Shown in pieces: positions 41,387 to 51,133 of a DNA stretch of 64,000 nucleotides. The first letter of the stretch is position 1. Each line of letters begins with the position of its first letter. Position numbers and translations under genes: made by a program. Source of the DNA: a virus; IMG/VR virus record IMGVR_UViG_3300032265_001317, positions 28,159-92,158 of that record; one strand, written 5' to 3'. The notes under the pieces were generated by a model. It made no database searches. It was not told the DNA's origin and was given only the letters and a program-made list of their open reading frames with translations.

Positions 41387-42415
41387 ATGGCATATCAAAT
41401 AAACAAGAGCGACGGAACAGCACTAGTAATATTAGAAGATGGTATTGTTGATAGTACAACAAGTTTAAAACTTGTTGGAAAAAACGTAGTTAATTACGGA
41501 GAGGTGCAAAACGAAAATTTTGTATTCTTGCTAGAAAATTTTGCCAACAGTAGTTTTAGTCCACCAAGTAATCCGGTGTCTGGACAACTATGGTTTAATA
41601 CAGATGACAGTAGATTACGTTTGCGTGATACTGCCGGAGTATGGAATAAAATACCAACTATAGCAGTTCAATCAACAGTGACTAATCAGTCAGTTGGTGA
41701 TTTCTGGTTAGACAACACAAATAATATTTTGTATGCTAAATCAGACAATGGCGGATATATAAGAATTGGTCCAAATACTGTAGCTACTACAGCCGCAAGA
41801 TTTGCAACTCCTGTGAATATCAATGATGTATCTTTTGATGGTACAGCAGACATTACAGTATCATCAACAACTACTCAATATCTTTCAGCTGGTAATTATC
41901 TAACAGGTGTTAGTTTTAATGGAAGTCAGCCGCTTACATGGGATGTTAATGTTGGTGTAATAAATCAACCTACTCCATTTAGCGTAGTAGCTCGAGACAG
42001 TATTGGAGACATTTACTTTTCTACCGGGCACGGTGTTAGTCTACAGGCCAAGTTTGCAGACCTTGCTGAAAAATATCTAATCGAAGGTGAGTTTGAAGTT
42101 GGTACGGTTGTTACTGTAGGTGGATCTTTAGAAATGAGACCTTGTCGTCAGAACGACAGGGCAGTTGGTGTTGTTTCGGGTAACCCTGCTTACTTAATGA
42201 ATAAAGATTTAGAAGGCGGAACTCCTGTTGCACTCAAAGGTCGTGTACCTACAAATATTCATGGGTCGATTAGAAAAGGCGATGAGCTAGTTGCAGGCCC
42301 AAATGGTAGAGCTATTAGTGCCACTGCTGGTCGATCTATTCCTAATTCAAAAGTTTTTGCAATAGCACTTGAAGATAGCCTTGGAAAAGATAGGATTGAA
42401 GCACTTGTGCTGTAA
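41387..42415 (+). CDS. Tail fibre protein with C-terminal autocleaving chaperone-like domain (paralogue 3 of 4)
   Basis: Shared N-module; FADLAEKY...GVVS.NPAYLMN...VALKGRVP...KGDELV (peptidase G2-like). Confidence 0.68.
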   Translation: MAYQINKSDGTALVILEDGIVDSTTSLKLVGKNVVNYGEVQNENFVFLLENFANSSFSPPSNPVSGQLWFNTDDSRLRLRDTAGVWNKIPTIAVQSTVTNQSVGDFWLDNTNNILYAKSDNGGYIRIGPNTVATTAARFATPVNINDVSFDGTADITVSSTTTQYLSAGNYLTGVSFNGSQPLTWDVNVGVINQPTPFSVVARDSIGDIYFSTGHGVSLQAKFADLAEKYLIEGEFEVGTVVTVGGSLEMRPCRQNDRAVGVVSGNPAYLMNKDLEGGTPVALKGRVPTNIHGSIRKGDELVAGPNGRAISATAGRSIPNSKVFAIALEDSLGKDRIEALVL

Positions 42416-42432
42416 ATAATAAAGAGAAATTT

Positions 42433-43659
42433 ATGCCATATATTTTATACAAATCAAACGGTACAACACTTGCAACAGTGCCAGATGCCAGTTTGGACTC
42501 AACAACTAGTTTGCAGTTTGTTGGAAGAAATTATTCTGGATACGGTCAAGTAGTTAATGAGAATTTTGTAAAACTTTTAGAAAACTTTGCTAAAAATACT
42601 CCTCCGGCAAATTCTGTAGTAGGACAACTATGGTACGACACTACTCTGGGTAGAATAAATGTTAACTATGATGGTAGTAATTTTAAAAGTTTGGCGAACA
42701 TTTATGTTGCTGACGAAACTCATCTTCCTAGTATTGCTAACACACAAGAAGGTGACTTCTGGTGGGATACTACTACTGGACAATTAAAAGCCAAACACGG
42801 TTCTAGTTACATCATTGTTGGTCCACCAAATGCATCAAATAATAAATCTCAGATGGTTCCAACAGAAGAGCTATCACAAGAAAATCAATTAATTTCTACT
42901 CCGTTTATAAAGACATTAATTGGAAGCATACCGATTGCAACATTCTCGGATACAGAATTTACTCCAGTTGCTGGATCAACCTTGTATGGAAATTTTCCAA
43001 AAGTATATAAAGGTATAACATTAACCGGTGCTGATGTTACTGGATCAACACAGAATACTAGATATTATTTTTGGGGAACAGCCTCGGATGCATTAAAATC
43101 TAATACTTCTACTACAGCTACTATTGCAATGACTGTTTCTGTAGGAAAAGATGAAACCAGTGCAACGCCGTATTACATGGCTTTTGTTAGCACATCTAGT
43201 GGTAATCGTCAGATTATGACTAGTGGAAACATATATTATAGTCCATCATCAAATGTTTTAAATGTTACTGCTACTAGTGCCCGTTATGCTGATTTGGCAG
43301 AACGCTACGAAGCAGATGCAGTATACGATGAAGGGACCGTTCTAGTGCTGGGTGGCGAAAAAGAAGTCACTGTTACGTCAACATTTGCTGATACAAGGGT
43401 AGCGGGTGTGGTTAGTAAAAACCCTGCATATATGATGAATTCTGAGGCAGGAACTGACGAAACTCACCCCTTTATTGCCTTAAAAGGTCGGGTTCCTTGC
43501 AAAGTTCAGGGGTATATTAAGAAAGGTGATTTAATCGTAACAAGCAGTACACCCGGATACGGAATTGCCGCGAATAGCGTAGTCAGTGGCGCAATAATAG
43601 GAAAAGCCCTAGGAACACAATCCGAGGGCTTTGGAGTTATTGAAGTATTGGTAGTCTAA
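42433..43659 (+). CDS. Tail fibre protein with C-terminal autocleaving chaperone-like domain (paralogue 4 of 4)
   Basis: Shared N-module; YADLAERY...GVVSKNPAYMMN...IALKGRVPCKV.G.I.KGDLIV; TAAATA at 42413-42418. Confidence 0.68.
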   Translation: MPYILYKSNGTTLATVPDASLDSTTSLQFVGRNYSGYGQVVNENFVKLLENFAKNTPPANSVVGQLWYDTTLGRINVNYDGSNFKSLANIYVADETHLPSIANTQEGDFWWDTTTGQLKAKHGSSYIIVGPPNASNNKSQMVPTEELSQENQLISTPFIKTLIGSIPIATFSDTEFTPVAGSTLYGNFPKVYKGITLTGADVTGSTQNTRYYFWGTASDALKSNTSTTATIAMTVSVGKDETSATPYYMAFVSTSSGNRQIMTSGNIYYSPSSNVLNVTATSARYADLAERYEADAVYDEGTVLVLGGEKEVTVTSTFADTRVAGVVSKNPAYMMNSEAGTDETHPFIALKGRVPCKVQGYIKKGDLIVTSSTPGYGIAANSVVSGAIIGKALGTQSEGFGVIEVLVV

Positions 43660-44543
43660 ACAGCCATTGGAGCCTTGATGGCTTCGTGGCTTTCATACCC
43701 GATTAACGCAACATCTTCCATTCCAAAATCTGTAATAACAGAAATTTCTGGATTCAACCAAATAGTAGGAGCGGCAAACGGCTTGCGTGTAAGTTGCTCT
43801 TTTACTTGATCAATATGATTATTATAAATGTGGGCATCGCCAATTGTTATAATCAATTCATCCACTTCTAAATTGCATACCTGTGCAATCATGTGAGTAA
43901 ACAATGCATAACTGGCAATGTTAAATGGAACTCCTAAAAACATATCAGCACTACGCTGGTACATCTGACAACTCAACTTTCCGTTATTAACATAAAATTG
44001 CGCCATCATGTGACATGGAGGCAATGCCATCATATCTAACTCACCGGGGTTCCATGCTGAAATAATATGTCGTCTGCTGTATGGATCATCTTTGATACCG
44101 CTAATCAATTCAAGTAGCTGATCGTGGTTTTGTAGAATAACCTTATTAATACGCACTACGGGCTTGCGCCATCTGCGCCATTGTACTCCGTATACTCGTC
44201 CTAGATCGCCAGGATGTCGTTGTTGTCTTTGTCTAACCCAGTAATCTGCGGTAGCATTATCGGACCAAATAGTTTTCTTTTCACTATAGCGGTCACCGTG
44301 GAGTATTTCTCGTAATCGATATTCGTCTCCGCTACCTTCGATAAACCATAACAGCTCGGATACCACAGCTTTCCATGCTAATTTTTTTGTTGTAATTGCC
44401 GGAAATCCATCTTGCAAATTAAATCGCATCTGCAATCCAAATATACTTTTGGTTCCTGTGCCGGTTCTATCGCTACGGTCGTTACCGTTTTCCATTATGT
44501 CTTTTAATGCATCTATGTATACTTGATCTGCTTTATTTTTCAT
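43656..44543 (-). CDS. thyA: Thymidylate synthase
   Basis: DRTGTGT, ELLWF, SRRHI.SAWN, ALPPCH, YQRSADMFLGVPFN, GDAHIY.NH. Confidence 0.97.
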   Translation of the reverse strand: MKNKADQVYIDALKDIMENGNDRSDRTGTGTKSIFGLQMRFNLQDGFPAITTKKLAWKAVVSELLWFIEGSGDEYRLREILHGDRYSEKKTIWSDNATADYWVRQRQQRHPGDLGRVYGVQWRRWRKPVVRINKVILQNHDQLLELISGIKDDPYSRRHIISAWNPGELDMMALPPCHMMAQFYVNNGKLSCQMYQRSADMFLGVPFNIASYALFTHMIAQVCNLEVDELIITIGDAHIYNNHIDQVKEQLTRKPFAAPTIWLNPEISVITDFGMEDVALIGYESHEAIKAPMAV

Positions 44544-44561
44544 TTTATTTCCTACAAATAA

Positions 44562-44584
44562 AATCAGGGCACTAGGCCCTGATT
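44562..44584 (-). terminator. Rho-independent terminator-like hairpin just upstream of thyA
   Basis: AATCAGGGC-ACTAG-GCCCTGATT; T-rich tail on the minus strand. Confidence 0.65.
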
Positions 44585-44603
44585 ATGTTACAACAAAGTT
44601 GTA

Positions 44604-45212
44604 TTAAGCCTCAACTGAAACTTTTTTAGCTTTAGTTTTTGGCGGATCCAATGTATCTGCTTGCTTGCGTAGAGCCTGCGCTTCTTTAAATAGCTTGTCT
44701 GCTCGTGAACGCATAGCGGTAGGACTTAGCTCTTCTGTTGATTCAACAGCGGCAGTTTCCTCACTAACATTAACAGTTTCGCTGGTAGTTCTAGCCGCAT
44801 CATTTTTCTTTGATTTTGGATTAACTTGACTTCCGTCAGTAATAGCTAGTTCATCTACTGTGATACCTTTTTGTTCGGCAATGATAACGTTAAGTTCGTT
44901 TAATGGTACACTGGTTGAATTAGTAGGAGTCACAAGAACGCTGTCTGTGGAAACCTTTCTTAACAATCCATTTTTGTGAAACCATTCGAGCATATTGCTA
45001 CCATCGGGAAATTTTCTAACCGCCATAACATCGGCTAACTCATTAGCCTGTTGTGCGCGATCATCCTGGACCGTAGACATTAATGTATCGTGGTACGACT
45101 CACCCAAATTGTTTGTTCCGATTACCAATGCGCTATAAGGATCCCCTGGTAGCGTACGATAAGCGATAACGACCTTAGCGCCGTTATTTTTCATTTTTCC
45201 CACATGTTTCAT
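44604..45212 (-). CDS. Hypothetical protein
   Basis: 202-aa ORF with AGGAG SD. Confidence 0.75.
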   Translation of the reverse strand: MKHVGKMKNNGAKVVIAYRTLPGDPYSALVIGTNNLGESYHDTLMSTVQDDRAQQANELADVMAVRKFPDGSNMLEWFHKNGLLRKVSTDSVLVTPTNSTSVPLNELNVIIAEQKGITVDELAITDGSQVNPKSKKNDAARTTSETVNVSEETAAVESTEELSPTAMRSRADKLFKEAQALRKQADTLDPPKTKAKKVSVEA

Positions 45213-45227
45213 GTGATTCTCCTTTAA

Positions 45228-45467
45228 TTAAGCACTTGGTGGCTGTTGACTTGCATCCGATGCTGGAGCAGGAGCCACAGCATTCAAGAAAGTATTCAAC
45301 CGATCAAATGTACTACCGACACCTGTCATCTCCGCGGCTCCGAACGCACCTCTGCGTGATGCAACATCGATGATTGTGCGAATATTTTGCAAATCATTAA
45401 TAGTCAACTCTGGCGCAGGTTGTTGTGTTGCTTCCGCCGGCTGTTGATTAAGTTCTTGTTCTTCCAT
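45228..45467 (-). CDS. Hypothetical protein (start moved to MEEQEL)
   Basis: AAAGGA SD precedes ATG at 45467. Confidence 0.7.
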   Translation of the reverse strand: MEEQELNQQPAEATQQPAPELTINDLQNIRTIIDVASRRGAFGAAEMTGVGSTFDRLNTFLNAVAPAPASDASQQPPSA

Positions 45468-45477
45468 GTTAATTCCT

Positions 45478-45762
45478 TTAATTATTGTCATGTAATAGAT
45501 GGCACCCTAAACTCAGCATCAGGATTTCTTTCGGATCCTCGATACCTATTTCTAGCACTTCGACCATTTTACGGTCTTGATCAAGTGAAAGACTTTTCTT
45601 TAGAGCATACCTGCTATTTAAATTGTAATTAATCCAATGATCAACAAGTTTGATATCGACTGTTTTATTAACCGTAATACTGCTAAAGTGTTTGGGTATA
45701 AAAGATAGTTTTCTTATACCCAAAACACCTAGCGGATTAACTTCGCCTCTACTTAATGACAT
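45478..45762 (-). CDS. Hypothetical protein
   Basis: 94-aa ORF; exact TATAAATA (minus, 45788-45781) upstream. Confidence 0.65.
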   Translation of the reverse strand: MSLSRGEVNPLGVLGIRKLSFIPKHFSSITVNKTVDIKLVDHWINYNLNSRYALKKSLSLDQDRKMVEVLEIGIEDPKEILMLSLGCHLLHDNN

Positions 45763-45779
45763 TAAATTAAATACCTACT

Positions 45780-47036
45780 TTATTTATAATGCGCTGTCTG
45801 GCCGAAGGGTGAAATTATGGAATCATTTCCGTGAACAATGAATAATGTATCACAGTAGTCCTCATCACCCCAACTGCCGCATGGATAGCCGTCTGTAAAC
45901 ATAATGAATTTCTTTGGTAAAATATCATTATCTTTCATAAACTGCCAGTTTACTTCAAAATCTGTACCACCACCACCATTTACTTTATAGTCGTGGATGT
46001 CTTCTGCTGTGTCTCCAGTAAATTGTGCATAGTTATACACGCTGGTATCAAAACACCACATGTCCAATTTAAAGTCTTTGTATTCGTCCATAATGCCTTT
46101 AACTTCACTAATGAAATCTTTGGCTTGTTTGTCTGAAATACTACCAGACATATCAATAGCAACAGATACGTCAATGGTTTCTTCGTTCATTAATCCTGGA
46201 AGTATAGCCCCGCAATGTTGACTCTTACGATTTGGACGATTAAAACTGTAGTTGCTTTTGACAATACTTTGGATATTCATACGCAACAATTGGCGCCAGT
46301 CCATTTGCGGCTCAGTAAAATCCTGGATCATACGTGCAATACCTGCAGGAACTTTTCCTGCACCTGCGGCTTGTGCGGCCGCAACTACTGCTTCTTTGAT
46401 CTCATCGCGAATCTTTTTCTTTTCTTCCGCAGTTAGTTTTGGACGACCCTTGCCATCTTTTTCATCACCGTCGCCATCACCGTCGCCATCACCATCACCA
46501 TCACCATCAAGATGTTCGTCCAACAGTTCACCAAGTTGGCTCATGTCAATCTTGATTGCTTTTTGCTCTACATCGGCGTAGATCTGTTCATATGACCACC
46601 CGCGGTATTTGTTATCCTGATAGATCTTGATCCATTCTGGAACATGTCCGATGTTTTCGTCCTTGAGGATTTGGTTAGCGGCATAGTCAGCGGCAATGTT
46701 ACTAAGCTGAGGATCTCGATCATTTCGACGACCCATATGATCAAACACATTATGTAATACTTCATGTGCAAAACCAAACTCGGCTTCGCGTGGAGTTAGC
46801 TTGTGTACAAAGTCGTTATTGTAGTAAAAGTTACGACCATCAGTTGCCAGTGTGCTACACCATTCTGTAGCATCAATCAATTTCATACGAGTGGCCAAGT
46901 TACCAAAGAAAGGATGACGCAACAATAGACCCACACGGGCAGTTACCAGTTTCTCGATAATTTTATTTTTTTGGTCGGCAGTAAAATTCTGTTTCTGAAT
47001 TTTAGATGTTTTCTCTGCTTTCATTACACTACTCAT
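45780..47036 (-). CDS. Metallopeptidase-VWA protein (DUF2201-like)
   Basis: TLATDG, HEVLH zincin motif, Asp-Gly linker, VAIDMSGS MIDAS, GGGGTDF, FTDGYP. Confidence 0.85.
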   Translation of the reverse strand: MSSVMKAEKTSKIQKQNFTADQKNKIIEKLVTARVGLLLRHPFFGNLATRMKLIDATEWCSTLATDGRNFYYNNDFVHKLTPREAEFGFAHEVLHNVFDHMGRRNDRDPQLSNIAADYAANQILKDENIGHVPEWIKIYQDNKYRGWSYEQIYADVEQKAIKIDMSQLGELLDEHLDGDGDGDGDGDGDGDEKDGKGRPKLTAEEKKKIRDEIKEAVVAAAQAAGAGKVPAGIARMIQDFTEPQMDWRQLLRMNIQSIVKSNYSFNRPNRKSQHCGAILPGLMNEETIDVSVAIDMSGSISDKQAKDFISEVKGIMDEYKDFKLDMWCFDTSVYNYAQFTGDTAEDIHDYKVNGGGGTDFEVNWQFMKDNDILPKKFIMFTDGYPCGSWGDEDYCDTLFIVHGNDSIISPFGQTAHYK

Positions 47037-47065
47037 CTGTCACTCCTGTTTACTGTATATATACT

Positions 47066-47094
47066 ATTATACACTATCTTTGTCCAAAATGCAA
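47066..47094 (-). promoter_or_regulatory. Sigma70-type promoter TTGCAT-N17-TATAAT
   Basis: -35 at 47094-47089, -10 at 47071-47066. Confidence 0.6.
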
Positions 47095-47097
47095 GTT

Positions 47098-47123
47098 AAA
47101 ATGGGCAGTTGCCTGCCCATTTT
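47098..47123 (-). terminator. Terminator hairpin after the AAA ATPase gene
   Basis: AAAATGGGCAG-TTGC-CTGCCCATTTT; GCAA tetraloop on the minus strand. Confidence 0.7.
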
Positions 47124-47125
47124 GT

Positions 47126-48208
47126 TTAATTATCCATTGCTTGAACAACGTACTTTCCGTATTTGTTATAGAACTTATCAAAGTTCTGCAATTTGCTGGA
47201 ATCAAACGGTAGTTTGTAGTTAGCAATAGCAGTCTTGGCACCCATAACAACTAACTCAGTTGGAAAGTTATCCATCATAAATCCAAAGAAGTTATCTGCC
47301 AACCCGTCCCAGCCTTTAACTTTCTTTTCGTAAGCAGTTTGGAGTTCGTAGCACATACTCACAGTTAGTGAATACATGGCAGAGATTTCTTTAATTTCTG
47401 CTTTGGTTACCTTACCTGCCAAAATATCTTCTGGTTTAGGCATCTGTTTTGCAACCTTGCGGTGTGCCATAAACTTAACAGCTAGCCCTTCGCCAACAGC
47501 GCCTGCGACCAAATCGGTCAGTGTGTTTTCAGACAAGTCGTCATCTTTAAGCAAGTCGCTAACAAATGACCAGCTACGTGGAGTAGCAAACGCACGGCTT
47601 GAAGATTTCGGATCAAAGTCGTACAAGTCTTGTTTGGCAAAACCCAAGTAACCAACAACCTGTTCGTGTACACGATTTGTGGTAGCCCAGTTGAGCCAGT
47701 CATCATAATCAGTTTTCAATTCCAGGTGCAGAAAGCGGTTAGCCAACGGCGCAGGCATACGATAAGTAACACCTTTGTCGGTTTCGCGGTTACCGGCGGC
47801 CACAATACTAACGCCTTTTGGCAGTACATAAGTGCCAACACGTCGGTTCAAAATAAGTTGATAAGCGGCGGCCTGTGTAGCAGGTGCGGCAGAGTTCAAT
47901 TCGTCCAAGAACAAAATACTGGTATCTTCTGGATCAGTTGGCAGTTCTGCTGGAGGAGCCCAAGTCATCGTATTAGCTTGGCTATTGTAATACGGAATAC
48001 CTTTAATATCAGTAGGTTCCCAAAGACTCAAACGAACGTCGATAACGTTACGTTCCTGCTCGTCGCCGATTTGTTTGACAATATCGGACTTACCAATTCC
48101 TGGAGGACCCCACATGAAAACGGGGCGTTGGATTTTAATACACTTACGGATGCTACGTTTAGCATCATTCGGAGTAACTGTACGATTTGCTGAAATTTGC
48201 TCTGCCAT
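47126..48208 (-). CDS. MoxR-like AAA+ ATPase
   Basis: GPPGIGKS, LFLDE, AAGNR, PLANRF, TPRSW. Confidence 0.9.
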   Translation of the reverse strand: MAEQISANRTVTPNDAKRSIRKCIKIQRPVFMWGPPGIGKSDIVKQIGDEQERNVIDVRLSLWEPTDIKGIPYYNSQANTMTWAPPAELPTDPEDTSILFLDELNSAAPATQAAAYQLILNRRVGTYVLPKGVSIVAAGNRETDKGVTYRMPAPLANRFLHLELKTDYDDWLNWATTNRVHEQVVGYLGFAKQDLYDFDPKSSSRAFATPRSWSFVSDLLKDDDLSENTLTDLVAGAVGEGLAVKFMAHRKVAKQMPKPEDILAGKVTKAEIKEISAMYSLTVSMCYELQTAYEKKVKGWDGLADNFFGFMMDNFPTELVVMGAKTAIANYKLPFDSSKLQNFDKFYNKYGKYVVQAMDN

Positions 48209-48260
48209 TTTGCGCTTTCTTTAAGTTAAAAAACAATTGAATGTGTTTCAATATGTATTA

Positions 48261-48289
48261 ATTATACGGCAAAACTGTCAGTTTGTCAA
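48261..48289 (-). promoter_or_regulatory. Consensus sigma70 promoter TTGACA-N17-TATAAT
   Basis: -35 at 48289-48284 includes the upstream TGA stop; -10 at 48266-48261. Confidence 0.8.
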
Positions 48290-48669
48290 GCGCCTTCTTT
48301 GTGATTCTTGGCTTTGATAGTTACATACTGTGCAATGTCGCCTGCAAACAACACCAGCTGTACAGCCATTTTTTCGCTAAAAACGTAGATTTCTTTTTGG
48401 GTTAGGTAGTAGGGGCAATCCATAAAATTGTCTAACCAAATTATCAGTTGATTGGTAAAATTTACAGGATTTTCAAATTCAATCTTGTAAGATTTAACAC
48501 CTGCTTTGATCAAGCAATCGAACCCTTGATCAGTTAGGCGTAGTCCGCCTTGATCTTTTGTTCTAGTATTTGCCCACCATGCAGGCAATGTTTTCTTGAC
48601 TCTTTCGTCCGTAACTGGCAAACCTGCAAATTCTAGTACAGCTCGGGTTATGTTATTCTTTTGATTCAT
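48286..48669 (-). CDS. Hypothetical protein
   Basis: 127-aa ORF; GGLRLTDQG motif. Confidence 0.7.
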   Translation of the reverse strand: MNQKNNITRAVLEFAGLPVTDERVKKTLPAWWANTRTKDQGGLRLTDQGFDCLIKAGVKSYKIEFENPVNFTNQLIIWLDNFMDCPYYLTQKEIYVFSEKMAVQLVLFAGDIAQYVTIKAKNHKEGA

Positions 48670-48952
48670 CGGTTAGCTTCTCTCCAGTAACCAATTTAAA
48701 AACGGAGAATTCAGTAGAATTAAAAATTTTATTAAGTTTTTCGGCCAAATTAATAGCATGTCCGCTATTGGAAAAACTAACTTTTTTATACTTAGGACCT
48801 AGGTGTTGCACTACCAAACTACTGGTTTTTAAATTAATCGGTTTGTCCTGATAAAAAACAGCCCAAATGGCATCGGCTTCTAAAACTTGCTCAGTTTTAT
48901 AGGTTTTTTTATTAGTGATTTCTAACAAAACAGTTGGTTTAGGACGACTCAT
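48653..48952 (-). CDS. Hypothetical protein (likely start MSRPKP)
   Basis: GGAG SD before ATG at 48952; TAAATA at 48986-48981. Confidence 0.7.
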   Translation of the reverse strand: MSRPKPTVLLEITNKKTYKTEQVLEADAIWAVFYQDKPINLKTSSLVVQHLGPKYKKVSFSNSGHAINLAEKLNKIFNSTEFSVFKLVTGEKLTDESKE

Positions 48953-48995
48953 TATACACGCTCTCCGATTAGTGCGTATATATTTATTCATTATG

Positions 48996-49220
48996 CTAGA
49001 ATTTTCCGCCGTCCATTTTAACTTCTAACGAAGATGCTTGGGAAGGTTGTGAAACTAGTTGATCTAATTCGCCCGACAATCTAGTCATAACAACACTTAG
49101 ACTATTTTGTAAATCGGCGGCTTCTCTAATAGTTAAAGTAACTGACTGCTGATTGCTTTTTATTGCAATACGTGTTCGATCTAAAAAATCTTCGATTGGT
49201 AAGGTGTTAAGTTGTTTCAT
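48996..49220 (-). CDS. Hypothetical protein (likely start MKQLNT)
   Basis: AGGA SD before ATG at 49220. Confidence 0.65.
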   Translation of the reverse strand: MKQLNTLPIEDFLDRTRIAIKSNQQSVTLTIREAADLQNSLSVVMTRLSGELDQLVSQPSQASSLEVKMDGGKF

Positions 49221-49698
49221 TGTTTTTCCTATCAATCTTACTTAACATTGCTTTCATGTCTGCTTCAGTTTTAAAAGGACCATAATATGGATAACGATCT
49301 AGTGTAATCAATTTAGGACAAAAACTAGTCGCCCATCCTTTTCTACGTGAAATAATATAGTAACCTGCGCAGTATTGACTTTTACTTTTGGAACTCTTTG
49401 AAAATAGTGGGAGTTTCTTTTTTATGCTGTATACAGGATCAAAGGGTTTACTACGACACGGAAAATCATAAATGCTATAACTTTTATCTACTGGGTCTTT
49501 ATGCTTTTTAATACTTTCTTCAAATAGTACAATACCCAGTTGTTTCTTGACTTCGGAGAGATCTTTGAATTCCAAACTTCTTCCATTTTTTAAAAAAGTA
49601 TAACCTTTTTTATTTTTACAAATAGATCCAATTTTTTCTTTGTCTTCTGTAACTAGCCATTCTTTATTTGGGACTAATATTTTTGCTGTCGAGTTCAT
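49207..49698 (-). CDS. Hypothetical basic protein
   Basis: 163-aa ORF coupled to neighbours. Confidence 0.7.
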   Translation of the reverse strand: MNSTAKILVPNKEWLVTEDKEKIGSICKNKKGYTFLKNGRSLEFKDLSEVKKQLGIVLFEESIKKHKDPVDKSYSIYDFPCRSKPFDPVYSIKKKLPLFSKSSKSKSQYCAGYYIISRRKGWATSFCPKLITLDRYPYYGPFKTEADMKAMLSKIDRKNNETT

Positions 49699-50687
49699 AG
49701 TACATACCTTGCATTAAGAGGTTCAGCATAACTAGTAACCTGTTCGCTAACTTTTTGTAAATCGTATTCTGCACAAAATTTAAGCAATCTAACACCAACT
49801 TGCGGAATATTCTTTTCTGCTGTAGTTGCTGTATCAATTGTTTCTTTAATGAGCAATTTAATATTGTCAGGTTGTGCAGTAAGATCACACAACACTACAT
49901 TACGATTATAATCATCGAGCACACGATGTTCGACACCTTCGTGGTCTGTCCAACGTTGCAACATCATGTTGTTCCAATTATATCCGCGAGTGGATCTGTC
50001 TGCAAAGGCTTCGCGGAGACCAACTTTATTCTTTGTGCCTTTCTCACGTACTCCCGGATAAGCACTAAAGATGTTATCGGAGGTGTCGCCACGCATACAC
50101 TTCTCAAAGAGTAACCATGTTGGGTCCGGAGCGCCTTTTGCTTCATTAGTTTTCTTATCTTTAACAGGCTTGCCCTTTTCATCAAAGTATCCTTCGTGTG
50201 TAGTTGTAATCTGCATTACACCATTGTACTGTTTTACATTTGGTGCAATCAACTGTGCAAAGTCGCCATCTGTCGAAATAATAACATGGTTATCATCTGG
50301 ATGTGCTTGAATGAAGCCAGCAATCAAATCATCTGCTTCTAGTTGTTGATGATGCAGTACTGTACAGTTAGTTTTATTAATAATAAAATCTTTAAACTGA
50401 TCAAATGTTTCCCAAAATACTTTTTCTTCTTCTTGCTCTCTTGGGCTATGCGAAGCACGAGCTTCTGCCCTTTGTCGCTTGTATGGCTCGTAATGATCCT
50501 TGCGCCACGATCTACCCTCGAGGCAGAAAATTACATGAGTACCTTTAAAGTCTTTCCATGCTTTGCGAACACTGCCTAACACAGTGGCCAAACTCATTCC
50601 GACTTTGTCCTCTAGACTACCACGCACAACATGTCGTGCCCTAAAGAATGTATTTGCGGTATCAACTAGAATATAGGTATTTGTCAT
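49695..50687 (-). CDS. RNase H / 5'-3' flap exonuclease (T4 rnh-like)
   Basis: LVDTAN, SWRK...YK..R, EADDLIA, ISTDGDF.QL, GDTSDNI. Confidence 0.9.
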   Translation of the reverse strand: MTNTYILVDTANTFFRARHVVRGSLEDKVGMSLATVLGSVRKAWKDFKGTHVIFCLEGRSWRKDHYEPYKRQRAEARASHSPREQEEEKVFWETFDQFKDFIINKTNCTVLHHQQLEADDLIAGFIQAHPDDNHVIISTDGDFAQLIAPNVKQYNGVMQITTTHEGYFDEKGKPVKDKKTNEAKGAPDPTWLLFEKCMRGDTSDNIFSAYPGVREKGTKNKVGLREAFADRSTRGYNWNNMMLQRWTDHEGVEHRVLDDYNRNVVLCDLTAQPDNIKLLIKETIDTATTAEKNIPQVGVRLLKFCAEYDLQKVSEQVTSYAEPLNARYVL

Positions 50688-51133
50688 TAAAAAATCTCAG
50701 TTCTTCCGTCATCACGTAACGCTCTGTTAACATATCCAGATCCTCTACGTTCCATTTCGACACCAGATTCGGCGCCAACATTTCTACATAGTTCTTGGAA
50801 CCACAAGTCGACTATTTCTTCTTCTGTGACTCCAATGTATCCGGCCTCTGTTAATTGTAACACAAAGTATTCATTCCAGTCAAGTTCAAAAAAACCATTG
50901 CGTACATTGTCCTTGTTTACTTTGGTTTCCAACACCGCAATGTATGGTTCTTTTTTTTCAGTGGCTAATTCTTTAGGAGTCAGTTTGGATACCCGTTCTG
51001 CTTCGGCGGCACGTTCAGCGGCAACAGTGGCTTCCTCTGCTAGTTTTTTAGCAGACTCTGCTTGCTGTAATGATTCTTCGATTCTGGCTTCAATTTTATC
51101 TATGCCAAACATTTTTTTAATAAATCTATTCAT
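50687..51133 (-). CDS. Hypothetical protein (likely start MNRFIK)
   Basis: TAATG coupling with the queE stop; GFFELDWNEYF motif. Confidence 0.7.
   Translation of the reverse strand: MNRFIKKMFGIDKIEARIEESLQQAESAKKLAEEATVAAERAAEAERVSKLTPKELATEKKEPYIAVLETKVNKDNVRNGFFELDWNEYFVLQLTEAGYIGVTEEEIVDLWFQELCRNVGAESGVEMERRGSGYVNRALRDDGRTEIF

Noticed and set aside
43656-44543. ThyA as a dCMP hydroxymethylase supplying the glycosyltransferase
   Set aside because: It keeps canonical dUMP-specific motifs including PFN Asn and looks like an ordinary thymidylate synthase.
47630-48193. 187-aa plus-strand ORF
   Set aside because: Antisense to the well-supported AAA ATPase.
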